A stretch of 64,000 nt of DNA from Octopus vulgaris. Its lineage: Eukaryota. Under the pieces are notes generated by a model, which was given only the letters and a program-made list of their open reading frames with translations, was not told where the DNA came from and searched no databases. The stretch is taken from positions 200,570,001 through 200,634,000 of the forward strand of contig OX597815.1 of assembly GCA_951406725.2 (NCBI GenBank), given 5' to 3'. The translations under genes and the position numbers were made by a program. Shown here one piece after another: positions 1 to 11,299 of this stretch (within the stretch, counting starts at the first letter, position 1; each line of letters begins with the position of its first letter).

Positions 1-231
1 AAAATACGACAATCAAGGCACTCCCAAATTTTTCCACCCCTTCCCCTAATCAACCTTCTTCTTCTTCTACCCTACCAAGAATTCACAACGACCTCGAACA
101 CACAAGTAACAAGAGAGACACAGAAAGGGAGAAACAAGAAAAATGCCACTTATATTTGAACACTATACAAATATTCCTTTAAAAAAACTTTTCTTTTAAT
201 TTTTCTAAATTTAATTATTTAATCGTTACAT

Positions 232-263
232 TTGAAAAGGTCTCAAAATGACCGAAACCGGTA
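232..263 (+). ncRNA. Hammerhead-like motif with U3-A8 core
   Basis: TTGAAAA-GGTC(tcaaaat)GACC-GAAAC-CG-GTA: perfect 4-bp stem II, palindromic ACCGGT stem III, GUA triplet; stem I weak; (TA)n follows ~55 nt later. Confidence 0.5.
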
Positions 264-380
264 CTGAAATATTCTTTATAAAATTATTTTAGCATTTTCT
301 ATCTTGACTTGTTTTTTCATATATATATATATATATATATATTGACTTGTTTTTTCATATATATATATATATATATATAT

Positions 381-558
381 AGGGAGAGTTTACGAAAAAA
401 ACAAAAGACGAAGACAGGTGGTGTACAAGACAAAGAGATGTATTAGTATAACGCTCAGGAATAGAAAAAAAGGCATTTACGTTTCGAGCCTACGCTCTTC
501 TACCGAAGGGAACAGAAAAAACAAGGAGAGAAAAAAATGTGTGTAGTGGCTAACCATC
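381..558 (-). mobile_element. Short (TA)n-adjacent repeat family P1 with HHR-like motif (probable PLE pLTR derivative)
   Basis: Homologous to 3335-3520, 53770-53896 and partly 33462-33525; minus strand reads CGGTAGA-A-GAGC(gtag)GCTC-GAAAC-GTA. Confidence 0.6.
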
Positions 559-564
559 TATCGT

Positions 565-915
565 GAAGGTGCGTGGCTTAGTGGGTAGAGTGTTGAACTC
601 ACGATCGTAAGGTTGTGGTTTCGATTCCCGGATGCGGGTGATGCGTTGTGTTCTTGAGCAAAACACTTCCTTTCACGTTGCTCCAGTCCACTCAGCTGGC
701 GAAAATGAGTAATCCTACGACGGACCGGCGTCCCGTCCAGGTGGGGAATTTCTACGTCACTGAAACCGGGAAACCGGCTCTTATGAGATTCGCGGTTCGA
801 ATCGTAGGCCGGGTGATATGTGTGTTTACGAGCGAAACACCTAAGTTCCACGCGGCTCTGGCAGAAGGTAATGGCGAACTTCTGCTGACTCTTTCTCCAC
901 AACTTTCTCTCACTC
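565..915 (+). mobile_element. Composite tRNA-derived SINE (one unit plus a second, 5'-truncated unit)
   Basis: A-box-like TGGCTTAGTGG and B-box-like GTTTCGATTCC; block GACGGACCGGCGTCCCGTCCAG..GAAACCGGGAAAC shared with 34208-34513; 788-915 matches the 5' half of 34208-34513 and 36753-36920. Confidence 0.75.
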
Positions 916-954
916 GCGTTGTTGTGTTTCTTTTGTGTTTTCTTGTTTGGATTA

Positions 955-1026
<72 letters not shown>

Positions 1027-2119
1027 AGTTTCGAGGATAACAATTACATTGATGGGTAATTAGCTTCGAGTGGAGCGTGAAACATATGTTACATCACGAC
1101 TGCACGGAAACACTTCAGGTATTCAATACGATACGATAGCTATGACATTGTATTTCATTCATGCCTCAAGTCATCCACTTTGTGATAGAGAATGTCATTT
1201 ATGTGAAGCTAGAGACTCCACTCCAGATTTTCGCTTCTTACTTTGTTTTCGTTGCCGCAAAAATACGTATGAATGATGAAACAAACTCTCACAATAGTGT
1301 TGGATATGTCATATGAAAGCCTTAGTGTATCTGAAAGAGAGAAATCTTTGAAAATATTCTGAAGTCCTTTCAATCTTAACTTGGCTCCATCATTACTTAC
1401 AACCAATTAGATGACATTTTCAAAACACAAACATCAACAACATCAAATAGGAAACAATGGAAGAAAAGGAAATTAAATGAATCTGTATGTTTCAGTATCA
1501 AGAAAAATAATGAATTCAAAACATTGTTTTCAAATATAGAACATCTAAAATGCAAAAATATGTAAATAAAAAATAAATTTACGCGTCTAATAGTGTCATG
1601 TTAAAGGAAGTCGTCTTGTAATTATGTTATTCCGGGATAATGTTATTAATTTACCCAAAGAAATCGTAAAGAAAATAATTCAATAAACATATGTTTATTT
1701 TGTTAAACATAGATGTCTGTGTTATTTAATTTGGAAAATGTTTTGGAAAATAGTGGAATATAGTTTAACATTGAAGTCGATTCAAATACCAGTGTCTAAA
1801 GCGTGACAATGTGCGTAAATTCCTAAACACCAGCGTTTATCTGCTTTGATCTTTATGACTGTAATTTCGTATGTATTTTTGTGTCTGCATGCTTACACAC
1901 ACACACACACACATACACGCACATACACATGTTTTGCAAACAACTAGCACATGCAAGTGCTAACATACGAAAGTTCCCCATACTAGAAGTCAGCAAATGT
2001 ATGGGTCATCAGGAAAGAAAGCTCTGTTTCGGGGATACCTCTCGACGGCAGCATTGCGCACCGGCCCCACTCACTGAAATGAGGTCCCGCTTGCTAGAAC
2101 AACTGGTTATCAGATATAG

Positions 2120-2513
2120 CTCAATATTTTTCTAGTCATTGGTCATCGTGTTCTTTTAACCAAATCCGGTGGCTTGCCATTTCCCCTATGGTTCGGAGAT
2201 CCGTTGTGGTGGTATTTGTTTTACGATGATTAAGGCCTAACAATAACAATAGACGCCTGACACTGTGTCCAACTAATCATTTGCATCCAACTTCGAATGG
2301 GAAATGCTTCACTTTCAAGACTGGGTCATTACATTACTCGAGGAAGCTTACATAAATAGGCGCAGGAGTGGCTGTGTGGTAAGTAGCTTGCTAACCAACC
2401 ACATGGTTCAGTCCCACTGCGTGGCATCTTGGGCAAGTGTCTTCTGCTATAGCCCCGGGCCGACCAAAGCCTTGTGAGTGGATTTGGTTGACGGAAACTG
2501 AAAGAAGCCTGTC

Positions 2514-2561
<48 letters not shown>

Positions 2562-3272
2562 ATGTGTTTGTGTGTTTGTGTTTGTCTCCCTAGCATTGCT
2601 TGACAACCGATGCTGGTGTGTTTACGTCCCCGTCACTTAGCGGTTCGGCAAAAGAGACCGATAGAATAAGTACTGGGCTTACAAAGAATAAGTCCCGGGG
2701 TCAATTTGCTCGACTAAAGGTGGTGCTCAGGCATGGCTGCAGTCAAATGACTGAAACAAGTAAAAGAGTAAAAGAGTAAAAGAGTATAACGGTCTATCGT
2801 TCGAGCCCGAGCGGCGTCCATATTTTCATCACGAGGAACCGTTAACTCAACCAGATTTACCCCTTTCTTTTTGTTTCTTTTTTGTTTTACATTATGTTAT
2901 GATATCCGGTTTCTTAGTAAATGGTATGGGAAGGAATCCTTGGCACTCTGGTAAATCTGCAGTCACATCCAAATTGCCGTTCCAATTTTCATTGCCCACA
3001 GGAAGATTCTTCTTCTTGAAGCGGATACCACTACTGATGACATCAATTTGGTTCTTTATAGCATTCAAGATAACCTTAAGAATCAGATTGTGTCTTCAAG
3101 GATATCTATTCATTTCACAGTTGCAAAGAATATGTTTCAGGGTTTCGACCTTTCCGCATTTGCATATATTATTTTCTGTGACAATCTATCTTACTAGATT
3201 TGCACCCACCATATCTAGGTGTGTAAGTGAAGACAGGATGCCATCAGTCTCTGCTTCTACTTTCAACGCCCT
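2120..3272 (-). pseudogene. Decayed 3' part of a REL-endonuclease LINE (Hero-like, R2 group), split by a SINE
   Basis: Minus-strand translation: CKCGKVETLKHILCNC..RY.*RHNLIL (CCHC knuckle), KPDII, VELTVPRDENMDAA, then beyond the SINE HFPFEVGCK*LVGHSVRRLLLLLG..EMASHRIWLKE; several stops. Confidence 0.8.
2358..2784 (+). mobile_element. tRNA-derived CORE-like SINE with internal (TA)n(TG)n (family S1), full length
   Basis: Head GGCGCAGGAGTGGCTGTGTGGTAAG, CORE-like CTTGGGCAAGTG, internal microsatellite, tail ending in (GTAAAAGA)n; multiple copies in window. Confidence 0.9.
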
Positions 3273-3300
3273 GGCTGTTTTTACACACACACACGCGCGC

Positions 3301-3334
<34 letters not shown>

Positions 3335-3338
<4 letters not shown>

Positions 3339-3520
3339 GGAGAGTTCACAACAAAAAAATAAACAAAAGACGATGACAGGTGGTGTACACAACAAACAGA
3401 TGTATCAGTACAACGCTCGGGAAGTGAAAAACTCTTTAACGTTTCGAGCCTACGCTCTTCCACAGAAAGGAACGCAGAAAGAAGGGAGGAGAGAAAATAA
3501 AGAAGGTGTAGTGGCTAGCA
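3335..3520 (-). mobile_element. Family P1 copy with HHR-like motif at 3434-3469
   Basis: Minus strand: cttt-CTGTGGA-A-GAGC(gtag)GCTC-GAAAC-GTT-aaag; abuts (TA)n. Confidence 0.65.
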
Positions 3521-3523
3521 TAT

Positions 3524-3617
3524 AAATCCGAATTTAGGGAAGGGAATAAATAAAATACAAGCTAGATATGTTTCCTAGCCTGGATACTATTTACCCCATT
3601 CCCTAAATTTGGATTTT
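3524..3617. repeat. Imperfect inverted repeat, ~95 bp
   Basis: AAATCCGAATTTAGGGAA...TTCCCTAAATTTGGATTT with inner pairing. Confidence 0.7.
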
Positions 3618-4444
3618 TATTCGTATCCATAGCAACATTCGCACCCACAGTTTATCGAACTTCGATATGGGAAAGGTATGTGAACCTTTTGCTCAGTAAA
3701 CTACTATTATTCCTGAAAGTTGTTTTTTAGCTCCTACACATTGCTCGAAACTGACTAACTTCCTACATGTTGATCGTTGGATCTTAGCTTTACACATGCA
3801 CACACACATGCAAATACGCGGGCACACACATATCAGTCATAGTATATATATCCGGAAACGAAGCACACGCTAGGGCGTTAGAGCAGTTATATAATCCGTA
3901 GATTCTTTAGTATGCCGGATAGAGACTGACAACTCGTTTCCTATCTATAAAGTACTTAAGTGTATAACCTTCTCAAATTTAAATGGCCGAAGATACATAA
4001 CCTCTCTACAATTGGAGGGACGAAAGCATCATGTTCTGTTAATTGTGTGAGCAGAAATAAATACACACACCACACACGAACGTACACACACACATATATA
4101 AAGCATATAGATCAACCAACATCTTGGGTAACGGTATTTCTCAAATCTTGCAGCAAATCTACTATTTTAGGCATGCGCGTATAGTTTGGATAGAGAATCG
4201 CTCGCCTTATAGTCACTCATCTTATAAATCGGAGGAAATTCCTGTCGCGGATATGCAATACTCCGTTTGCGGACTTGGATATTGTTAGCAATTTTGAATG
4301 TAGTCGTATGTGACACATCTGGAACCGCATTTTCCAAGACTGGATCAGTGGGTTTTCGTACCCGGAATTTTTTGTTTACAAAATTATCTGATCATGCCGT
4401 ATTACACTCTCCTGTGATGAGATGTTACGTGTTTCCTGTCTTTT

Positions 4445-4504
4445 GAGTCTGTTGAATCGCCTATATATTTAAGCACTTTATAGGTGCGAAAACAATGGTC
4501 ACTC
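4445..4504 (+). ncRNA. Hammerhead-like motif, A6U core
   Basis: gagt-CTGTTGA-atcGCCTATA(13 nt)TATAGGTgc-GAAAAC-aatg-GTC-actc; stem I GAGT/ACTC. Confidence 0.5.
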
Positions 4505-4529
4505 TCTGACAGGCCATGACAACAGACCT

Positions 4530-4581
<52 letters not shown>

Positions 4582-4700
4582 CGTGTGTGTGTGTGTATTT
4601 GTATATATATATATATATATATATATATACCGGAGTAAACACATAAATGTGAAACAAGGTGGAAAAAAGAGTACTCAAATACCAGTGGTAGAGTAATATG

Positions 4701-4864
4701 CTTTATTTTAAGCAGCAGAAAATTCAACAAAATCTGTTACTCTGAGTTTCTCGTTGCCGTTCATCAGACAGTTTTTGCTAGAATCTAGCAAAAACTGTCT
4801 GATGAACGGCAACGAGAAACTCAGAGTAACAGATTTTGTTGAATTTTCTGCTGCTTAAAATAAA

Positions 4865-4865
<1 letters not shown>
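4701..4865. repeat. Perfect 82-bp-arm palindrome carrying a type I HHR in each arm
   Basis: Arms 4701-4782 and 4784-4865, 1-nt spacer; ctgt-CTGATGA-aCGgcaaCGa-GAAAC-tcaga-GTA-acag at 4795-4832; the enclosing element 4631-4866 lies between (TA)n tracts. Confidence 0.9.
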
Positions 4866-4931
<66 letters not shown>

Positions 4932-5849
4932 TATATGTATATATATATACATATACATACATACGCACACACCACACACGAATGCACGCACAGACACACA
5001 CACACACAGATATATATAGCATATAGTTCAACTGACATCTTGGGTAACAGTATTTCTCAAATCTTCTAGCAAATTTAATTTAGGCCTGCGACTATAGTTT
5101 GGATAGATAATCACTTGCTTCATAGTCACTCATATTATAAAGTACTGAAAACCCATGTACTTCATAATACCGGATATCTTCCATTTGCTTTCGGAAAATC
5201 ATTATCTACATGTTTCCCAAATGTTCCTGCTATTAGTGGAACAAGCAACTTTATACTGAGCGGCTGGTAAAGGAATCCGGTTCTATATTTATATATAACA
5301 CTATATAATTAATAAACTTATCACACAGCTGTTTGATATATACTACAGTTTATGTAATAAGGAAATATGGAATATATGAAATCTAACCAGGTTTTAACGA
5401 CTTATACTACAAATTATCTATAAATTCATCATATATTGGATCCCACAGAGAAAAACAACAAACTAATATTGATATTGACTATTCTATTACGTCATACTAA
5501 ATATCGTTTTACTAAATATTTTAAATGTCAGTATATTTAATAAAATCAAACGTTGCTTGCTGGATGTTATTTATTGCAAATTTTAATATAATTATAGTTT
5601 AATTACATGACTTGTACAATACTTCGGGAAACGTGAGTAGGTTGTGCTGATGAAGCGACAATGGAAATGGCAATCAATTTTTGATATTAAATATTTCTGA
5701 ATATTTTAACTTTCATAAAAAATGAAATCAATCCAATCTACATCTATTATCTTTTATTTTTTTTTCGTCTGTTTCTCTCTTTATCTCTTCATTATATAAG
5801 TATATGCGTAAAATATGTCTGCTCGTTCTCTGCCACTGAGAACATTATA

Positions 5850-6250
5850 TGCTCCTACACCTATGAATTCGCTGGTGTCCTATGAGCTCAGCCCTAAAGG
5901 AACGTATACATTTGTAGACATTGCGTACCAAGCGTAACCCTTTTCACTACGCTGGCACTGCGTTTTCGAGCGGTACTTTTTTCATTCTGCTTGAAAAATG
6001 CTTTGCTTTTTGAAAATACCCACTTTTCCATTTCTTGTTTTGTTTCCTCTATTGGTGGCGAGGAAAAACATTGCTTTCCCACTGTCTCATATTCACATAC
6101 CTTGAACGAGGACATTACACAATCCTTAAACCATAATCATGATTTCTGCAGGGTGGGCCTTCCAAGAGGAATTTTGCCATACATTATCTGCTTCTGGATG
6201 ATCTTCTGACCATCTATGCGATTAAGATGTCCAGCGTAACCAGTGCTCGT
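5850..6250 (-). pseudogene. Decayed RTE-clade LINE 3' end
   Basis: Minus strand: GYAGHLNRIDGQKIIQKQIMYGKIPLGR..LWFKDCVMSSFKVC and terminal KCIRSFRAELIGHQRIH zinc-finger-like motif. Confidence 0.75.
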
Positions 6251-6289
6251 GAACTATCGTATGTACATACATACATGCTTCATGTTTCA

Positions 6290-6479
6290 TACCTAGCTAC
6301 CTACCTACATTCTACCTACCTATCTACCTACCTACCTACCTACCTACCTACCTACTTACCTACCTACCTACCTACCTACCTATCTACCTACCTGCCTACC
6401 TACCTACCTACCTACATACCTACCTTCTACCTACCTACCTACCTACCTACCTACCTACCTACCTACCTACCTACCTACC

Positions 6480-6511
<32 letters not shown>

Positions 6512-6535
6512 TATATACATACTTACATACATACG
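6290..6535. repeat. (CCTA)n grading into (CATA)n microsatellite
   Basis: Direct reading. Confidence 0.95.
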
Positions 6536-7879
6536 CATTCATATATACATATTGAGTTACCAAGTTAGCGAGATTGCTATGTACCATGACGAGGAAAGTA
6601 ATTTTTATAAGGTTATTAAGGTCGGACAATGTTCAAAATCAGGAGATCAATACTATATTAAAATACAATAGTAATTGTAATGAACGATTGCACTTAAATA
6701 TCAGGTATATTATCTATTGCTAATTTATATAGTATTTAGTTAACATCGAGAAATAGTAGGTATCGTAATATGTTTGTACATTCATTTGAAGTATTTCGCC
6801 TTACTAGATATCACTCCCAAGAAAATTTTCTATTACCTTTCTCAGGAAGAAGTAATGCGAAACCGCGGATTCGTGATAAATGCATCAGAAATGAAATGGG
6901 GAATATATACGGGAAGTGTCGAAATTGAGTGCGGAAATGAAGCGGAGAGTTACTGAATATTACGATTAATTACAATACAGCAGCATATCAGCCAGAGAAC
7001 TTTATTAATTTTTGGGTCACCTAGAAACCGCACTTTGCTTACGTCTCAACTAACATTGCACTCCTTGGACTAGTCAAAGCTTCTGAGGTGTGCAAAATTA
7101 AAAAAAGAAATATCAAACATGGAAGCCGAACAAACCGTTTATATTAGATATCTGAACCGTAACCCAATCCAAGAAAAGGTAAGCTTGTTCGATGTACGAA
7201 CCAGTACAGATTCCTCCATCCGTCATGAATAAATGACCTTCCTTAAAAATAATTTATACATCCAGTGGAGGACGATTTTAGCTGCCTTACAAGTGCTGCT
7301 TATACGCAATATATACACTGGGCCTCACTTGATTCATAAAAAATTTGTATATTATTCGATCGTCTTCACCTTCAACAGACAACTATGGATACCACATCTA
7401 CTTTCACAAGGATTCAACGCTATCCAGAAAATCAGATTATTATTTAACAAGCTATGGGCAAAACGAAATCCTATGGCAAGAAGCATTCTTCGAAATCAAC
7501 AAACCATGAAATAAGTTTAGTGAATATAACATTATATCAACACTTTTAGAAAGACACTTTATTCTCTTTAATTTAAAAGAAATCTATGCTGGATTTTGCA
7601 TATTCGTGTTTTTCCTTCTCCAATCTTCTTTCTGTGATTAAAGCTTCTGTATTAAACGGCTTACTGAGTTTAGTGCTAGAAAATCCTAAAAGAAGCACTG
7701 GAAATAGATATACGCTTTTATCGTTTCCTTGAAATTTCCAAGAAGCTAAGTATATTTTAAGCAGGTAAAAACATTATTCATCCAATACTGAACTCTTATC
7801 TCAAATTTCGTACTGTTTGGCTTCGTTGTCACAATTTCCATTTAACAATCTTATGAATTCATTTAGCTTGAGTTTCGTT

Positions 7880-7920
7880 TTTACCTACGCATATACATAC
7901 GTATATATATATACATATAT

Positions 7921-7973
<53 letters not shown>

Positions 7974-8146
7974 CATATATACATACATATATATATATGT
8001 TATATATATATATTTATATATATATATGTATATATTTATGTATATATATATATATACATATGTACATGCATATATATATACATACATATAAATATATATA
8101 TACATCAATCAATCATATACATATGTACATGCATATATATATATAT

Positions 8147-8236
<90 letters not shown>
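7880..8236. repeat. Long compound (TA)n/(CATA)n microsatellite, representative of dozens in the window
   Basis: Direct reading; similar tracts at e.g. 959-1023, 35712-35836, 45960-47290, 57327-57546. Confidence 0.95.
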
Positions 8237-8886
8237 GCTATTTTAAAGTTTTGCTTGAATTGTCAAATCTATCTTTGTGCGATGCAACATATTCTGAAAT
8301 TTGCTTCCAAGGCGAATCAGTTATTTGTCTTTACTTACGCGTGAAAAACATTCAAGTGTACAATGAAGGACATCATGCTTACTGAAATATATATTTTATT
8401 TCTGATAATGCTTGAATATGATGCGTCTATATATTTCGCATTTTCTCTCCATTCTATTGCATGTTCTTCAAATTTTCGTTCACTGTATACTATCACAATA
8501 GACGTCAAAACATACACATAACCGAACCTATATATTGATATATCGTATCCTGTCATAATATAAAATTGCATTTCTTATGACAAACGTACCTCTAGTACAT
8601 ATGGGAATCAAATTATATCTCTATGCCGCCTAATCACGCGAACGGTTGAGGAGTTTCAGAGAATGCTAATTTATGCTTACTCCTTCACATGATATTCTTG
8701 TATTCAATAAACTAAGATATACTCATGGATTTGTTTTACCTTTAATTACACTTATTACCTGAAACGTATTTTCCGACTCATTACACGATTTTGCTTGAGA
8801 AATAACATAATGATTATCTTTCGATCATAATCGAGGATTCATTGAATACTGTAATTCATAGAAATGACGCATCGGTTTGAATATAT

Positions 8887-8938
<52 letters not shown>

Positions 8939-8949
8939 TTTTATTATTG

Positions 8950-9101
8950 TATTTGTTTCAGTCATTTGACTGTGGCCTTGCTGGAGCACCGCCTTAAGTC
9001 GAACAAATCGACCCCAGGACTTTGTTATGGATTCATTTAGCTTGCTACTTTTTGCCGAAGCGCTTAATTAAGGGGACCTAACCACACTAACATCGTTTGT
9101 A

Positions 9102-9142
<41 letters not shown>

Positions 9143-9304
9143 TATACAAATACACACACATGCACGACGGGCTTCTTTCAGTTTCCGTCTAGCAAATCCA
9201 CTCACAGGGATTTGGTCGGCCCGAGGCTATAGTGGAAGATACCTGCGCAATATCCCACACAGTGGGACTGAACCCGCTACTAACCACACAGCCACACCTG
9301 CGCA
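8950..9304 (-). mobile_element. SINE S1 copy (diverged)
   Basis: Reverse complement of 2358-2784 including the internal (TA)n. Confidence 0.85.
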
Positions 9305-10620
9305 TGTATATTTATATATGCACATATATGTGTGTATATGCGCGAGTTTGTGGTTTGTGTGTGTGTGTGTGTGGATGTGTGGATGTCTGTGTGGGTGATT
9401 ATGTGCATTGAAAAAAGAAAACGAGCGGTTTATTTGCTATAGGCTTAAAAACTGAAGCCCTGTTGACATGCGGCTTAAAGAAAGTACGACGTGTTATCTA
9501 CAATACAAAAACCCAACATGAAGAATATCCTATACTTAACTGGAAACAAATTAAATTTTGTCAAATTTAAGTTTTATTTTTGTTTTTGTACTCAGACGTT
9601 ACTTATCATCATGTATCGTCTCTGTTTTTATCGCAAATAATTATTTATGGGTGAAGTGAAAGTATAGCTGTAATGTAAACTGCAACATAAAAAAAAAATC
9701 TTGCGTGGTAAAGTATTGTGTTTTAGTTTTACTTAAACAATTAAAACATCACATTATTTCAGTATACTCTTACTGCACATTTTATTACAGCTGGTACGGA
9801 AAATCCCTAGTAGGCACAACATATTGAATTAACTAGCTCTTGTTAAAAACTATTCAATCCTGTGTTACTAAAAATAAGAACCAACTCAACGCACGGCCAT
9901 TAAGAATTGATTTAAATATAGTGAGAAAATAGACGATGTGAGAATGAACATTAAAGCGAAGACGAAAACACTTATATCAACATAATGATATAAAATGTAT
10001 CACCAAGTGAAAGATAAAATTCACTTTGTCTCTGGGAGCTTGGAGATAACCAATACACAGCACCTTTGTTGCATAAAAATGACTAATCAATATGCAAATA
10101 CCTTCTCAAGAATGAGAATCCGGGAACATTGCGGAATAAATGTAAAACCGTTTCAGAAAATTAGTCTAAGCTAAACAGTGAGAAAGTAATTAAGATGTAA
10201 GCTTAGCTAAGGGAATATGTTATTTGGTTAGATTTAAGTAAATGATGGTAGACCCAGACATTTGATGAATATGTAGAATATAAAGTAGACTTGTATACTC
10301 CAGTGAAAAGTGAGATGTGGTGTTCGTAACAGCTATTAAAAGTGATTGCTTTCATCCTTGTAGTTGGAAAGAATATAATAGGAATGAGTGATGAGGAAAT
10401 CTTGAAACTTGATAAAGTTTTAAATAAAACCGTATGTTGTATTATCATATATCAAAGGGAGCCAAATAACAAAGAATTGTAAACCTAGACTATATTTAAT
10501 TTGGGACTATGCTTGTGAATGTAATGAGCTTAAATGTGTCTATTCATGGTTTGAAAAATGAACCAGGCCACAACAATACAGGAACCAATATATATTTTTA
10601 TATAATGTCAATTAATTTAA

Positions 10621-10959
10621 TAAATCTCTGAACGAGGTATGGTCAGTGAAGTAACTGCACGACAATGTCAAGTATATTTGCCATCTAAATATGGCTAACC
10701 ATTAAGGGTGGATGTTACTGTAGCTTGTAGCCCCAGGAGAACATCTTCTCCAGCTGGCTATTGACACACTTTCTGTGCCCTATCGGTATTCGCAAAGGGA
10801 GGTCATCCTTCCCTCGTCAACCTAAGTGATACGCACGGACTGCGGTTTCTGAGTATTGACCCGTCATCAGCGCACGATAATCACCGGTTTTCGATGGAAG
10901 GGTCCCAATGCAAATACATATATCCTTTTTCCAGTGACTTTTCGTCACTGATCTTGAAA
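10621..10959 (-). mobile_element. HHR-bearing non-coding monomer, family A (retrozyme or pLTR-like)
   Basis: Collinear with the ~357-bp unit at 43161-43696; no ORF; (TAAT)n adjacent. Confidence 0.85.
10833..10875 (-). ncRNA. Type I hammerhead ribozyme
   Basis: gtgcg-CTGATGA-cGGGT(caat)ACTCa-GAAAC-cgca-GTC-cgtgc: intact core, stems I and II, GUC cleavage triplet. Confidence 0.85.
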
Positions 10960-11299
10960 TTAATTAATTAATTAATTAATTAATTAATTAATCAAGTAAA
11001 TTATTTCAAATTTATTAATCAATTAATTTATTAATCAATTAATTTATTTCAAATCTAAAGTCAGTGACTTAGTTGATGATTTGGAATATGTTTTGTTGGT
11101 GGTCGTAGGTTTTTCCAAGGTCAAATATTGGCGCATGTAATATTCGATACTGTTAACATTGTCCCAAAACCAACCTGCGGCTTTAGTTAAAAATTATCTC
11201 TTCGCTTTACGGCTTACATGTTGTACTGTGATAGTAAGATGATCCGAATCAGCTCACAGGTTAGCTTAACGGTCTAAGCATTTTAGATGTCCGTAGCTA

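Noticed and set aside
1051-1095. Hammerhead remnants (GAAACATATGTT here; GACCA/TGGTC-GAAAC at ~23507-23530)
   Set aside because: Stems are suggestive but the CUGANGA core is unrecognisable
5647-5670. CTGATGA..GAAA as a hammerhead (also 51056-51078 minus)
   Set aside because: No stem II, no stem I and no NUH triplet in register
7020-7514. Possible L1/Tx1 3' remnant
   Set aside because: Only a vague compositional resemblance, no diagnostic motif
7817-8344. Numerous [14 protein letters not shown] ORFs, here and throughout the window
   Set aside because: Translations of dinucleotide microsatellites, which lack stop codons
8335-8571. Minus-strand 78-aa hydrophobic ORF ending at GTAAGT as a host exon
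   Set aside because: In-frame stop just upstream, no convincing acceptor, no partner exons and no recognisable motif; needs RNA-seq
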